NCBI RefSeq assembly: GCF_041956535.1
Contig: NW_027192192.1
Coordinates: forward strand, 933,796-997,795
Origin: Calcarisporiella thermophila CBS 279.70
Taxonomy: Eukaryota; Fungi; Calcarisporiellomycota
DNA: 64,000 nt
Reading direction: 5' to 3'
Part shown: piece after piece, positions 37,427 to 50,476 of the stretch
How the letters are laid out: each line of letters opens with the position of its first letter
How positions within the stretch are numbered: position 1 is the first letter of the stretch
Translations under genes and position numbers: made by a program
The notes under the pieces: generated by a model
Seen by the model: only the letters and a program-made list of their open reading frames with translations
What the model was told of the DNA's origin: nothing
Databases searched by the model: none

Positions 37427-40400
37427 ATGATACCCGCGATGTCGCGACATCGCCGGTCAACCATTCCCACATACCTTCCTCCTTGCATCTTATCCATCAT
37501 CTTTCTTGCATTTCTTCTCCCCCTCGTCTCCCCGCAAGCCCCATCCCCGAACAAAATTCCTCCCCCCTCCAAGCAGGCGCTTCCCCTCGTCGAGGATATT
37601 GTGTCCGAACGAAAATCCGCGGATGGCCTCTCTATTATACAGGCCACGCTCAATGGGACCACAATCGTCACGCCGGTGCAGAACACAACGGGCCTGGTGG
37701 AGATCAAGGTGGGGCTCCTTCTGCCTTACAGCTACAAGCAAGACAACCTGACCGTGAAATTGGCGCAAAGGTAAGTGTGGTCTAATGGTGATGCTCGGCA
37801 TCCTAGACTGGAATCCATGCCGTCTATTATTTATAGTGGAACCTCTGCCATTCGGCTCGCGGTTAACGAAATCAACCAGCAAAAGCTTATCCCCGGCGCT
37901 TACATCACCCTAATCGAGAAGGACTCTTTTCCCATAGACCCTAACAACAACAATAATGGTCAGTCGGGCGCAGCCGCGAGTATTTTTGCCGCAGTCGACC
38001 TCCTCCAAAAGGATGTCGTCGGCGTCATCGGGGATCTGAGTTCCTCCCTGACACAGCACACCGCCCTACTCACCTCCCGCCTTGCCATCCCGCAGTGCTC
38101 GTTCTCCGCGTGGACAAACCGCCTGTCGAACAAACAGGAGTATCCCTACTTCTTCCGCACGATACCCACCTCGATGCTGTTCACCGAGGTGATGATGCGG
38201 TTCATCGCCAGCCAAGGGTGGCGGCGCTTTGGGGTGCTCTACAGCTCAGAGACCCTGGACCAGCAGCTCAGTGAGAAGGTGACTCAGCGTGCCCGTGAAC
38301 TGCAGCTCGATCCGGTGGCAATGCAGCCCTTCGACCTGGACAGCTCGGAGAAGCAGCTCGAGACCCCCCTCCTCGAACTCCGCGAGGCGGGAGTGCGCGT
38401 GTTCATGATCGCCTCGGTGCCCGACAGCAGGCTTAGGATTCTGCGGCTGGCCAGCAAGCTTGGCCTGTTCTCTCCCGAGTACGCGTGGCTGATGATCGAC
38501 GATGGGCAAACCTTCCCGGAAAACGACACCGAGTTCAACGCGCCCTTCAACGGACTCTTCTTGTTCGACTCCCTGCTCAAATTGGACGGGTACCCGCCGT
38601 ACGAGGCGTTTCTCGACAAGTGGGCCGCCCTGGACCCCCGCGAGTATCCGTTTGCTGGCCAGCGCGACATCGGTAGCAATGAAGGGTAAGTAGGATGTGT
38701 TCTGTATAGGATGGAGGCGGCGGAACACTCACTCTTTCGCGCCTCTCAGCCTTGCCTACTCCTGCATGATGGTCATGGCCCGTGGTTTCGCCAACGCGAT
38801 TCGCAACTCGGTGTCGGCAACAGTGACACAGGCGCAGGCGCTGCAGCTCCTGGCCCGAGGGCGGATGGGCGACAAGCTGCTCCCCCCCGCCTTCAACACG
38901 GGATACGTAGGGCCCGAGGGTCCCATCACGATAAACGAGAACGGGGATCTAGCCCAAGGGTGAGTGCAAGGGGGCGGGGTTAGGATTCATTGCAAGACCC
39001 ACGCGGACTGAACTCTTCTTGTTCCCTAGGAATTTCATGATTTTCAATATCCAGCGAGGAACCGTGGTGCCCGTCGCGAAATTCGTCTTCGGCAATCTGT
39101 CCATCGTGAATGCCCCCATGTATATTGGAGACAGGATGCAGGTAGGATCCCCGTTGGAAATGGCTGATGGCAAGGAGCAGACTCTCATCGTTGTCCTGTT
39201 GGTTGAATGTAGCCTCCCTCCGATATCCCGCCGGTCATCCCCATGAACCCTCGTTTCGGGTCCCCGGGCGGCATTGCCATTCTCAGTGTCTCCTCTGCGG
39301 GCATCCTGTTTGCCCTCGTGATGATGTTCCTTGTCATCAGTTTCCGCAAGAGCGAGGTGTTCAAGGCGTCAAGCCCCCTCTTTTGTTGCCTCGAGCTGTT
39401 GGGCTTCATGCTCTCGTTTGTGGGGGTCATCCTGTGGGTGGACATCCCGAACGATACAGTGTGTGCCCTAAGGCCTGTCGCGTTGAACGCCGGCTTTGTG
39501 CTTGTGCTGTCGAACATTGTTGCCAAGAACTTTAGGGTCTACCGGATATTCAACAATGTGTTTGTGGAACGGACTGTGATAAGGGACGGGCAGCTTGTCA
39601 AAATCGCGGGAGCCATTTGTGCAGGTGACATGGTAATTCAACCCTTCCCCTTTTTTTGCTGTTGTTATTGTTGCCGCTCGTGGATTGGTGTGGCGTTATG
39701 CTAATGTTACCCATATTAGCTCCTTGTGGTCCTCTACCTCTTGGTGACACCTCCGCGACCCCACGTCACCAATTTCTCCTTCACCTCGCAGTACTACGAT
39801 TGCGTGAGCGACGGCCCCTATCTTGTCTTTTGGGTCCTCCTGTTTGTATACAACGGGACTCTGATCCTCTACGCCACGTTCTTGGCCTTCCAGACTCGCG
39901 ATGTGGCCTCCAACTACAACGAGTGCAGGCAGATCTCGTTTTCCGTCTAGTGAGTGATCTCTTTTGGGATGCAAATTGGATGGGCGATCGTGGAAACTAA
40001 CCTGTGCCCCCCCCTCCCCCTCCCCTCCATGGCTGGTGCCGTGAATCATAGTAATATTCTTCTGGCCACCTGTATTGCAGTCCTGACCGCCGTCCTCCCC
40101 TCCTCGGAATTCTACACGAAATATTATATACAGAACGTCGCCGTCCTGTGGGGAACCATGATCAGTCTCTGGATCCTCTTCCTCCCCAAGCTGTGGAAGT
40201 TTATCCAGCAGGACGTGCTGCATCGGTTCAGCCCACCCAGTGGGTACCAACACCATCACTACAACAGCGGCAGCAGTTCAGCAGTCGCGCTCGCCAATCA
40301 GATCTCGTTTGGCAGTGTGCAGGATTCATTCTACCCGACGGGATCCGCAGGCGGGAATATCGGGAACGGGGTGTATGGCGACGAGGCGGGCTCGCTGCTG

Positions 40401-41273
40401 TGGCAGCAGCGGAAGCCAAGTCTGGGGGCGATGAGCAAGGCGACCACCGTCCAGCCACAACAGGATGTATTTGGAGAGCAGCTCGACGGATTTTTGCCCA
40501 TCAAGTCACAGCACGTGCTGCTTCCCTTCTTCTCGCATTGGGAGATGGCGCGCATTGCCGTGTTCCCGTGGGTGGGGTACTTTTCATGTCTGCCGGAACG
40601 GGCTTCGGTAGGGAAAGTGTACCGATATTCTCACTGCAGCGTCGTGTCGAGAAAGCCGGGCAACATCATATTCAAGGTCCACGGCTCCAGAACCAAAGGG
40701 CCCTGGGTGGACCACCTGTTCCAGGTGGAGGACTTGGACATGCTCGAGCGATGGCTGAAATGCTTTGAGCCAACCACGATAGCGCCCGTGACCGCAGTGG
40801 GATTCACCGGCATCAGCGCAACGTTGGACGTGGGCGGCAGAGGCATGCCCCCGGTGCCGAACGTGTTCTTACCACCCCCGAATGCTTCCCAAACTCAAGG
40901 AGAAGGCCCCGACGCCGAGGCATCGGCGGAGGACGGAATGAAGCGGAGGGAGGACGCCCACCACCACCCAAGAGGCGACGAGCGGAGAAAGGGAAGCCAT
41001 CCCTCAGGTCCCGAACCGGTCGGGAAAATAAGCGCCAGTGACCTCTCCTCCGATACCGCTGTAAGCTCGGCCGGATCCTCGTCGATGTCCTCATCGCTGC
41101 GCCCCACCCCAAATGCCCCTCGGCCCCCCGAAGTGGAGGAGGATGAGCTGGCCATCATCGACTACTTTCCCAATGTGCCGACCATCCATGTGATGCAGGG
41201 TGAGAGAAGGCCTGGAATGGAGGACAACGATGACAGCAGATTAGAGCAATTCCCGATGAAGCGTTTGACATAA
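37427..41273 (+). CDS. Class C (GABA-B-like) GPCR: signal peptide + Venus flytrap (ANF receptor) domain + 7TM_3 + PH-like tail, 7 exons
   Basis: VFT motifs IKVGLLLP, AIRLAVNEIN, VVGVIGDLSSS, IPQCSFSA and LSNKQEYPYFFRTIP. Class C TM motifs VFKASSPLF, NIVAKNFRVYRIF, AFQTRDVASNYNECRQISFSVYN and LFLPK. Confidence 0.9.
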
Positions 41274-42100
41274 ATGGTGTCTTGGAGATTATCACTTGTT
41301 TTTCTCTCTCTTTCTACTCTACTGTATATAGCGAGCCTGCTTTGTTTTATTTCATGTCATACCTTTTTTTTTCCTTTCCGCTTACGTTACTGCTATATAT
41401 TCATTTCTAGGCATTCATTATTCTTTTTTTTTGTTCTATTTCTTTGATAATGTGTTCCAATTATTCCCAACCTATTCTTTTTCTCTTTATTGTCATTTTC
41501 ATTGTGATTAAGCCTTTTTTTTTATCAATCGCCCCCCTTACCTTTATCGAACATATAACTTTGGGACTGTGAAATACATTGATACATTTGAACGCAATCA
41601 GATAGCTAGTGGTGAAAAAGTGAAGAAAATCGATAGGTGTAGAAACAATTTATTTATATAGAAAATGCCCGTGGAGAACAAGAAATGCACTTCCAATTCG
41701 AGGTTACGAATAGAACCAACCGTAGAGAGAAAGCAGCCAGAGGTTATATTAAAACATCGGGCCTTCTTCAAATCGGTGGCTATCGACCGACCGACGTTAT
41801 CACCCTGCATTGATTTATCAGTTCGAATAAGAAGGTTATCAGTGATTGTGATACGTCACTACTAGCCTATCGAATTTCCCCTAACACTCTCCCCTCCTTT
41901 TATTTTCAGTCCCATTCAACCAAAGAGCCAACAAGGGCCGCAAAGCAAGGAGGTAGCCGACGAAAAAAAAAAGGAAGAAGACGGCGACGACGACGAAATA
42001 TCCATCGAAAAGAATCGCTACTTGAAATTTGCATTGGATCATTTTCTTCCCTGTCTCTTCCCCCACCTCCCTCCCTCGCGCTTTAGAAGATACCTGGACA

Positions 42101-43067
42101 ATGACAGACTTCGATTATGAATCTCTCCCCGATAATACCTCCGCAGCAACGCACATGATAGCGGGAGCTATGGCCGGAATTATCGAACATGCGGCGATGT
42201 ATCCTGTCGATGCCATCAAGGTGATTAATCATGAGTCTCTTCCTTGCCCCAAAGCAGAGTAGCTCACCTCTGTGTCTATGGCAGACTCGAATGCAGGTTC
42301 TTAATCCGACACCCGCCGCCGTCTACACCGGCATCACCAATGCTTTTGTGAGGATCAGCACGACTGAAGGACTTCACCGCCTTTGGCGCGGGATCGGATC
42401 GGTGGTGCTTGGAGCTGGCCCTGCCCATGCGATCCACTTTGCAACCTACGAGGAGCTAAAGCGGAAGCTGACTCCCGCTGGGGCCGAGTCGCATTCCATC
42501 GCCAATGCGGTTGCAGGGGCCGGCGCGACCGTGTTGAGCGAGGGGGTCATGAATCCATTCGATGTGGTGAAACAGCGAATGCAAGTCCACGGTTCCACCT
42601 TCAAGGGGATCGCCGAGTGTGCGCACAAGATTTATGCCACGGAAGGTCTGGGGGCCTTTTTCATCTCGCTGCCGACCACTCTGCTGATGGCCGTCCCGTT
42701 CCAGAGTATTCAGTTTACAACGTACGAGTTCTGTCGGCGGCAATTGAACCCCCAAGGCATGTACGATCCAAAGACGCATGTGCTCGCGGGCGGGATTGCA
42801 GGAGGCGTGGCGGCGGCCATTACCACCCCCTTAGACGTCATTAAAACCCTGTTGCAAACGCGGGGAACCTCGTCGGACCAAGAAATCCGAAGGTGCCGCG
42901 GGCTTGTGCAGGCATGTGGGGTTATCTATCGACGCCATGGGGTCCGCGGCTTCTTCAAAGGGGTGTCTCCGAGGGTGATTGTCAATTTCCCCAGCACGGC
43001 GCTATGCTGGACAAGCTACGAGACCATGAAATGGCTGATCGGAGGCGAAAAGCTGGCCCTGCAATGA
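42101..43067 (+). CDS. MRS3: Mitochondrial iron carrier (mitoferrin, Mrs3/Mrs4), 2 exons
   Basis: [57 protein letters not shown] and [12 protein letters not shown] motifs. Confidence 0.93.
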
Positions 43068-43171
43068 TAGAGGTCTCTGTACCATAGTGGAAAGAGTGTT
43101 GCATCCTCGTATTGCCCGATGTGTAATTTCCCTTGATACCATGTGCTCTCTTCCTTCTTAAAACGAATAGA

Positions 43172-43250
43172 TGTTTTATTTTACTTTATATTATTTGATT
43201 CTATTTTATTTCATTTTATTCTATCCTATTTTATTTTATTTCATTTTGTC
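43172..43250. repeat. Degenerate (TTTTA)n simple repeat in 3' UTR
   Basis: ttttattttactttatattatttgattctattttatttcattttattctatcctattttattttatttcatttt. Confidence 0.6.
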
Positions 43251-43743
43251 TTGTTTGTTTTACTGTCCCTTGTTTAAGTTTCTGTCCTATACTTTTATCG
43301 CGATCTATATTTGGGTGTTTACAAAATGACCCAGATATTGGCTAGACTTGGTGAACCAGGAGCCGGGTTCAAAAATCTTGTGTCGTTGTACTTTTTCTCT
43401 AAGTTGTCGACACTTGGAGAAGGAATAAAGGTAGAAGCGAGCTATTGTATCTATTTTAATTCGCCCCGTATAGATTGCCAAAAAATGGGCTCGAGTTGGA
43501 TTCGCCTCCTAACGCTCCACTGGAGAAGCCGTTTGGATGGAAACTTTTAAAACCCTTTGCCTCTGAGCCTCTGAATGCGCTTTCGCATGATGAAGCAAAT
43601 AAGACTCTTGCACCAGACCCTATGCGCTCTCCTCAAGGGTGGCAATGTCCTATCGTGACTGCTAAAATGATGGTCTCAAGAAGGTGCTCAACCTTTAGGG
43701 GATTCCAGCAACCTCACATTAAGAGAGGCTCACTGGACAGAGG

Positions 43744-45539
43744 ATGAAAATAGCCATCATAGGGAGTGGCATATCCGGCCTTTCCGCCGCCTGGCTCCTT
43801 TCCGAATACTCACCCCATCACATCACCATTTACGAAAAGAATGACTACCTAGGTGGCCACACTCACACTATTGACTATTCTGCTCCCGATGGTGACAAGG
43901 CGCACACCATCCCGGTGGATACCGGCTTCATTGTGTTCAACACCATTACCTATCCAAATCTCATCCGATTCTTCACACTCAAGGGTATCGCCTACCAGGA
44001 CTCTGAGATGTCATTCTCGGTCTCGCGGGATAATGGGCGATTCGAGTGGGCTGGTACCGACCTGACCACCATTTTTTCGCAGAAGAGCAACCTTTTGAGG
44101 TTAGGCCACTGGCGCATGTTGTACGACATACTCAAATTCAACTACTGCGCTCCCGTGATGCTGACGCTACAAGAAGGGCATCCCGATCGCGACTTGACGT
44201 TAGGAGAATACTTGGATCGGGAGGGCTACTCCAAGGAATTTCGCGACAACTATCTTTTGGTAAGTAGCCAGAAAATGGCACAGAACTGTGTTCACCTAAC
44301 CATGATGTCTTCGTGTCCTTCTCTTCGATTGTTCTCTTAGCCGATGACCGCTGCCATCTGGTCGACTCCACCCGACCAATGCGCCACGGAATTCCCGGTC
44401 TACACGCTCATTCGCTTCATGCACAACCATTGTCTAATGCAGATATCCCATCGCCCCCAATGGCTTACTGTTTGTCATGGAAGGTTTGCAGACCTATCTA
44501 AGAGTGCTCGGCCGTAGGAAAATTAATCCAATCGATTCTTCGTTTCTTTTGTTGAATAGCCGAAACTATATTCAGGCCCTAACGAGCAAAGTGGATGAAG
44601 TTCGTTTGGCAACGCCGGTGAAACGGGTGCTACGGAAGGGGGGAAAAGTCGTCGTTTTGGATGAAAAGGGAAATGATGAAACGTACGACCAGGTGGTGTT
44701 TGCGAGCCACGCAGACGAAACATTGGCCCTGCTGGGCGAAGATGCTACACCAGAGGAGCGGGAGATATTGGGCAGTGTAAAATTTTCGGAGAATGTTGCA
44801 GTGGTGCACTGCGATGAGAAGGTGAATAAATCTCCAAATTGTTACAGTGGAAGGTAGACTAAGGTCGCAATGTTAAAATACTAGCTTATGCCTATGCGGA
44901 AGTCGGCCTGGACCTCATGGAACTACTTGTCACAGTCCACTGCTACCTCTCAATACAAGAATCAAGTCTCACTGTGAATAATCACTTGGACCAGTTTTAT
45001 TTTCTGCTCTCCTCGATACTAAACCTTTCTTCCCTTTTGTTCTTTACAGAACCTATTGGATGAATAACCTGCAGCCGTTTATTCCGAAGGAGGTGCCAAT
45101 CTTCGTGACGCTTAACCCGCTGCACCCGCCTAAAGCAAGCCTAACCTACGCGACCTATCGCTACACTCACCCTCAGTACACCTCTGAGTTAATCAAGGCC
45201 CAAGCAGAGCTTCCCTCCATCCAGGGAAAGTACTCGGTGTGGTTTGCCGGCGCTTGGACCGGCTACGGCTTCCACGAGGATGGATTCCTCTCAGGTGTCC
45301 GGGTGGCCCAAGCGATGGGGGCAAGCACACCTTTCCGAATCTATGACAATAAGGAGATCCGGCAAGTGAAGGAGGGTCTGGGTGGGCCATCAGGCGACTT
45401 GGCAAGAATGCTTTTTAAGGCCTTGGACGTCTTAGGTTTATGTCTGGCTCAAGTGCTAGGCGTTTTTGGGATAATCCCCCTCCTGCTTATGAATCATATG
45501 AGAAAACCTAAATTAACCCTGCGCAGCCATTCCCAATGA
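43744..45539 (+). CDS. FAD-dependent oxidoreductase (COG2907/amine oxidase-like), 5 exons
   Basis: KIAIIGSGISGL, GGHTHT, VDTGFIVFN-x2-TYPN, SEMSFSVS, PMTAAIWST, FMHNH, AWTSWNY and FAGAWTGYGFHEDG motifs, with a hydrophobic C-terminal segment. Confidence 0.88.
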
Positions 45540-46126
45540 GGCCCCAGCTCGCTGCAGATCTTTCATCCATGCCTTAGCCCACCCTGCGCCGCTTTGTTTT
45601 TATCTTATTTACATTACTTCAAGCGGATTCACCGTCATTTCCTCCCAGTTTTTCCTAGAGTTCTAATTTTAGACGTGCTAAAGGCCTCCAAAAAAATCGG
45701 CCAACAAAGCTGACTGATGCCTTGTCAACGGAATGAAAAGATAATAGAAAATGCCTTATCCTTTAGATGGCGGGCTCGGCTTCCACAAAGCCCATGGAGG
45801 CACGTGAGAAGAGACAATTGGGTTGTATGATCATGCTACTTTAAAGTTTGTTCGACCATCAACACCCTTAAACATGCCAAACAGAAAGTTTACGTGCGGC
45901 CAAGAGAACTCAGTGTTTGCTTTCATAAGAACTGACAAAATTATTCCCGTAAATATTGTAAAATCGTGTAAGCAAGGCCAGAACTAGGTTTGGGGGAGGG
46001 GGAGGAGAAGAACGCTGTTTTGTTTTGGCACATCTATAAAATGGGAGGATGACAACACGTCTTGCGTTCTTGTTTCCCATTAAAAACCCCTCATTTGCTA
46101 CGGTCCCATCCAGAGATCTTTTCAGT

Positions 46127-47365
46127 ATGAAGGTCCTACAAGCGCTGTGTGTTTTCATTGCGGGGCTGACTCTTGTGGCGGGAGCACCCGCGGGGGAGGA
46201 CAAGCACCTCGTCTCCACCAAGTACTGCTTGTGTTTGTAAACATTTGCTGGCCAACCTTGTCACTGAATTCTATTTCTTAACCCAGACCCGGCGAGGTTA
46301 TCTCCGTGACGGAGCAGGAGCTGGAGAAGCTGATCAGAAGCGGCAAGAAATTCTTTGACCTGACTGGCCAGTCCAAACGGCCGCTGCCCAGAGCTCAGAA
46401 AGGTGGAGTCCTCCTTGTCTGCCTTTTTGGCATTTCTTTCTCTCTCCTCCAAAGCTGATGAGATCCACTCTTCTTGGGTATTAGTGGTGGCTTTTCCCTC
46501 GCAGCCTCAGTTCCAGCAGGAGGTGAAGAAATACAACGGTCTGCTCAATCGAAACAACCTGAAGAGCAACCTAGAGAAACTATCGAGCTTCTATACCCGC
46601 TACTACCGCTCACAAACAGGTGTGCAGAGTGCACAGTGGATTTTCGACAAGGCAACGGAGATTGCCAACTCGACCTCGGGGGGAGCGAAGGTGAGCGTCA
46701 AGAAGTTCCAGCACTCATGGCCGCAATTCTCGGTGATCGCCCGCATTGAGGGCAGCAACCCCGCTCTGAAGGACATCGTGGTGGTGGGGGCGCACCAGGA
46801 CAGCATTAACCAGAACAACCCGCAGAACGGGCGGGCCCCTGGAGCCGACGATGATGGCTCAGGCTCTATCACCATCCTGGAGTCGCTCCGCACGCTAGTG
46901 GCGGGCGGATTTGCGCCGAAAAGAAGCGTGGAATTCCAATGGTATGCGGCCGAGGAGGTGGGCCTGCGAGGCTCGCAGGATATCGCCAACCGATACCAAT
47001 CGTCGGGGGTCCAAGTGCGGGCCATGCTTCAGCAAGACATGACGGGATACCCGGGGAATACCCGTGCCGTTGGGATCATTACGGACTACGTCGATTCCGC
47101 CTTGACCGGCTTCCTTCGCAAGCTGGTCACCGCGTACTGCTCCATTCGGTGGGTCAATACTGAGTGTGGATACGCCTGTAGCGATCACGCCTCGTTTACG
47201 GAGGCAGGATTCCCGAGCTCTTTTGCGTTCGAATCCACTTTTGACGACTCAAACCCCTATATCCACACCGCACAAGACACGACCGACTATGTCGACTACA
47301 ACCACATGCTTGAGTTCGCGAAGCTGGTCAATGGATTTGCGGTGGAGCTTGCGAACTCAAATTAG
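46127..47365 (+). CDS. Secreted leucine aminopeptidase (M28E), copy 1, 3 exons
   Basis: Signal peptide MKVLQALCVFIAGLTLVAG. Zn-site motifs GAHQDS, PGADDDGSG, AEE, QQDMTGY and CGYACSDH. TATAAAA near 46035. Confidence 0.93.
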
Positions 47366-48901
47366 CGAATTCTCTTTTGCCCCACCCCACTCCCCTCCAT
47401 TTTTCACCGTTTATCTCGTGTGTCCTCTTCTAATTTATCATAAACAACTGATTCATTGTATAATGCTTTCTTCAACGCTCTTCTTCCCCTATCTCTCAGA
47501 TGATGATCTAGAGTCTAGGAGACAAAACAAATTACAGAAAAAAATGAGAGCACGAGAACGAAATCCAATTTGCTAAAGAAAAGCGTGAATGTACGCAAAT
47601 GGGTCCTGTGCTCACACTTCAGGGTTTTGGATTGGGAATCTCATTGCGAATGTTCCCCAATAGAAGAGAACAAATTGGATACGAAAAGACTGAACAGAAT
47701 AAGGCAGATTGAAAATGGAAAATCATGGCTATATTGGCTCGCCTTGCTTACTAAAAAGCCATGTGGACGAAATCAGTGCCGGCGCACCAATACAGCTCCC
47801 TGTATATTCAGACTGAATGGAGCATCGATCATACCTCATCTCAACGCTCTTCCAGAAAAGCCTATCTGAATCAGGGTTAATTTTAGCTGTGTGAATTAAT
47901 GTTTATTATGAAAAAAAAAGCACTCAAAATGTCAACCAAATAAGACGGTCGGAGCATGGAGAATGGGGAATGAGGTGCCGATATTCCCGGGTAATTAATC
48001 GAGCGAGGAGGTGGCTGCGGTCGGCAGCGCTTCAAGCGTTATGCATCGCGATACCAGCCCTCCTTTTAGCGCAAGGAATACATGACCTCACATGGGATGA
48101 CGAAGTTGAGCAAGTGTCCGATGAAGAAACTCAATGGTAAGACAAAGAGTAGCTACATTTGTACCCCCCTCCCTCCGCTGTGCATCATAAAGGCGAAACT
48201 TGGCGCGAGCGATGGCGGCAGCGTGTGCCTGGAGGGCGTCATTGACCGTAGTATGGGCCGAACTCAAAGGCAAGTTATGACTATGGGGAGTTCGAAGTGC
48301 GCACAGCGTACAACTGGGAAGGAGATGTGCAGCGGAGAGGAGGAGGGAATAGGATTTAGGTTAAGGGAACAATAAGACGGCCTCATTAGGGTTCTTTCAT
48401 GCGAGCTTGTCCAACATGATGCGATAAAATAAGCTTAAGATCGGGATGAAACAATGAGACACATGACAAGTTTATACCTAAATGAAAGGCTAGATTAGCT
48501 AACAGGGGAAGGGGACTGTGTCCCCCTTAGCACAACTCATTTGCAACGGCCGGCTCTGATTTGGCGATCCAGGGGAAAATACGGTTGAGCCTGAAACAGT
48601 AAATTGCCGGTGCGGATGACACCATCTTCAAGGGGAAGGCCTGCTGGAGAAGGCCGCAGCCCCCCTTGCAGTGGCCCACCGGTGCTTTCATAATACCATT
48701 AACACAATAGCTTGAGAAAATTCGAAAATAGGGTAAGCAAAAATAGTTCCTCGGCTTTGAGGCTGCTCTATATAAATGGCGGGTTTCGGATGAATCAAGG
48801 CTCTCCACTCTCCACTCTCTCCCGATCCCAATCTCTTCCCCTTTTCCCCCACTCTCCACTCTCCTTCTTCTCTCATTCTCTCACGCCTCAATTATCTTGC
48901 C

Positions 48902-50217
48902 ATGAAGCTTGTGACATCATTCTGCGTTATGGTCGCGGCCCTCGCCCTCGTCGCCGCTGCCCCTCAGCCGGCCGAGCAAGGGGGAAAGCACACCATCTCC
49001 ACTAAGTAAGTAGGCATGGACGGTTCTCGTTTCTCTCACGTGAATCTGATCTCTCCTTCCCCTCCTCCCCTTTCGCGGTTGTAATCTAGGCCTGGCGAAG
49101 TGATCACGGTGACCGAAGCTGAACTGCTTGGACTCATCAAGAGCGGGAAGAAGTTTTTTGATCTCACCGATCAACCCGATCTTGTGCAGGCCGACCTTCG
49201 CTCCGCTGCGGGTGAGTCCTTGACCTTTAGGGAGGATGGGGAGTTGCACTTGAATACAGGCCCTCCACACATCTCTCTCCAAATGTTGTGCTCGTGTCCT
49301 TTTTACTCACTTTACGATCACGTTGGTTAGAGACCGTGGCCTATCCCAGTGCCCCTCAATACAAGGAGCAGGTTAAGAAGCTCCAAGGCCTTCTCAACAA
49401 GCAAAATCTCCAGACTACCCTTGAGAAGTTGGCAAGCTTCAACAACCGCTACTACACTTCACAGACGGGAGTACAAAGTGCACAGTGGATTTTCGACAAG
49501 GCAACGGAGATTGCCAACTCGGCCACCGGCGGCCTTAAGGTGAGCGTCAAGAAGTTCCAGCACTCATGGCCGCAATTCTCGGTGATCGCCCGCATTGAGG
49601 GAAGCAACCCCGCTCTAAAGGACATCGTGGTGGTGGGGGCGCACCAGGACAGCATTAACCAGAACAACCCGCAGAACGGGCGGGCCCCTGGAGCCGACGA
49701 CGATGGGTCCGGGAGTGTGACCATCCTCGAAGCATACCGAGCCCTTGTTGCAGGAGGGTTCAAGCCCGAGCGCAGCATTGAATTCCAGTGGTACGCCGCT
49801 GAAGAGGTGGGACTTCGCGGTTCTCAGGCCATTGCCAACAAGTACAAGGCCGACGGAGTCAAAATCGCCGGCATGCTCCAGCAGGATATGACCGGATACG
49901 AGGGCACCCGAGGTAGCCTCGGCATCGTCACCGATTACGTCGATGCCAGCCTAAGCGCCTTCTTGCGCACCCTTGTCGACGCTTACACCACGCTCAAGTG
50001 GGTTAACACCCGTTGTGGCTATGCTTGCAGTGACCACGCCTCTTTCAACCGGGCTGGTTTCCCTAGCAGTTTTGCATTTGAGGCCACATTCAATGATGCG
50101 AGCCCATACATCCACTCCGACCGAGACACGACCTCCCGTGTCAGTTACAACCACATATTTGAGTTCTCCAAGCTCGTGGTAGGATTTGCGGTGGAGGTGG
50201 CCAACAACAAGAATTAA
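48902..50217 (+). CDS. Secreted leucine aminopeptidase (M28E), copy 2, 3 exons
   Basis: Signal peptide MKLVTSFCVMVAALALVAA. Same catalytic motifs and equivalent intron positions as copy 1. TATATAAA near 48769. Confidence 0.93.
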
Positions 50218-50476
50218 TGATAGGCTGCGTCGGATAGGGGGATGTAGTTTATGCGACGGTCATTTTTGTGCTTTTGTTTCTTAATTGGATGCCTTAGTCG
50301 GCGTGTGTACTATTTTGCTTTAATACATGACTCTAGTTTCTCAATCTCATACTGGAGAGGTTTGGACTGTTTGTGTGTGACTGCTCGGTGACTTTGATTG
50401 ATAAACGTTGGAATTTCCCTGTGGATGAAGGGGAAAGAAGTGGCCTATTTAGGGTGGTTAAACAATCAATCGAAAC

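Noticed and set aside
3908-41273. Functional clustering of the G-alpha gene with the class C GPCR
   Set aside because: They are more than 30 kb apart with many unrelated housekeeping genes between them, which gives no evidence beyond coincidence.
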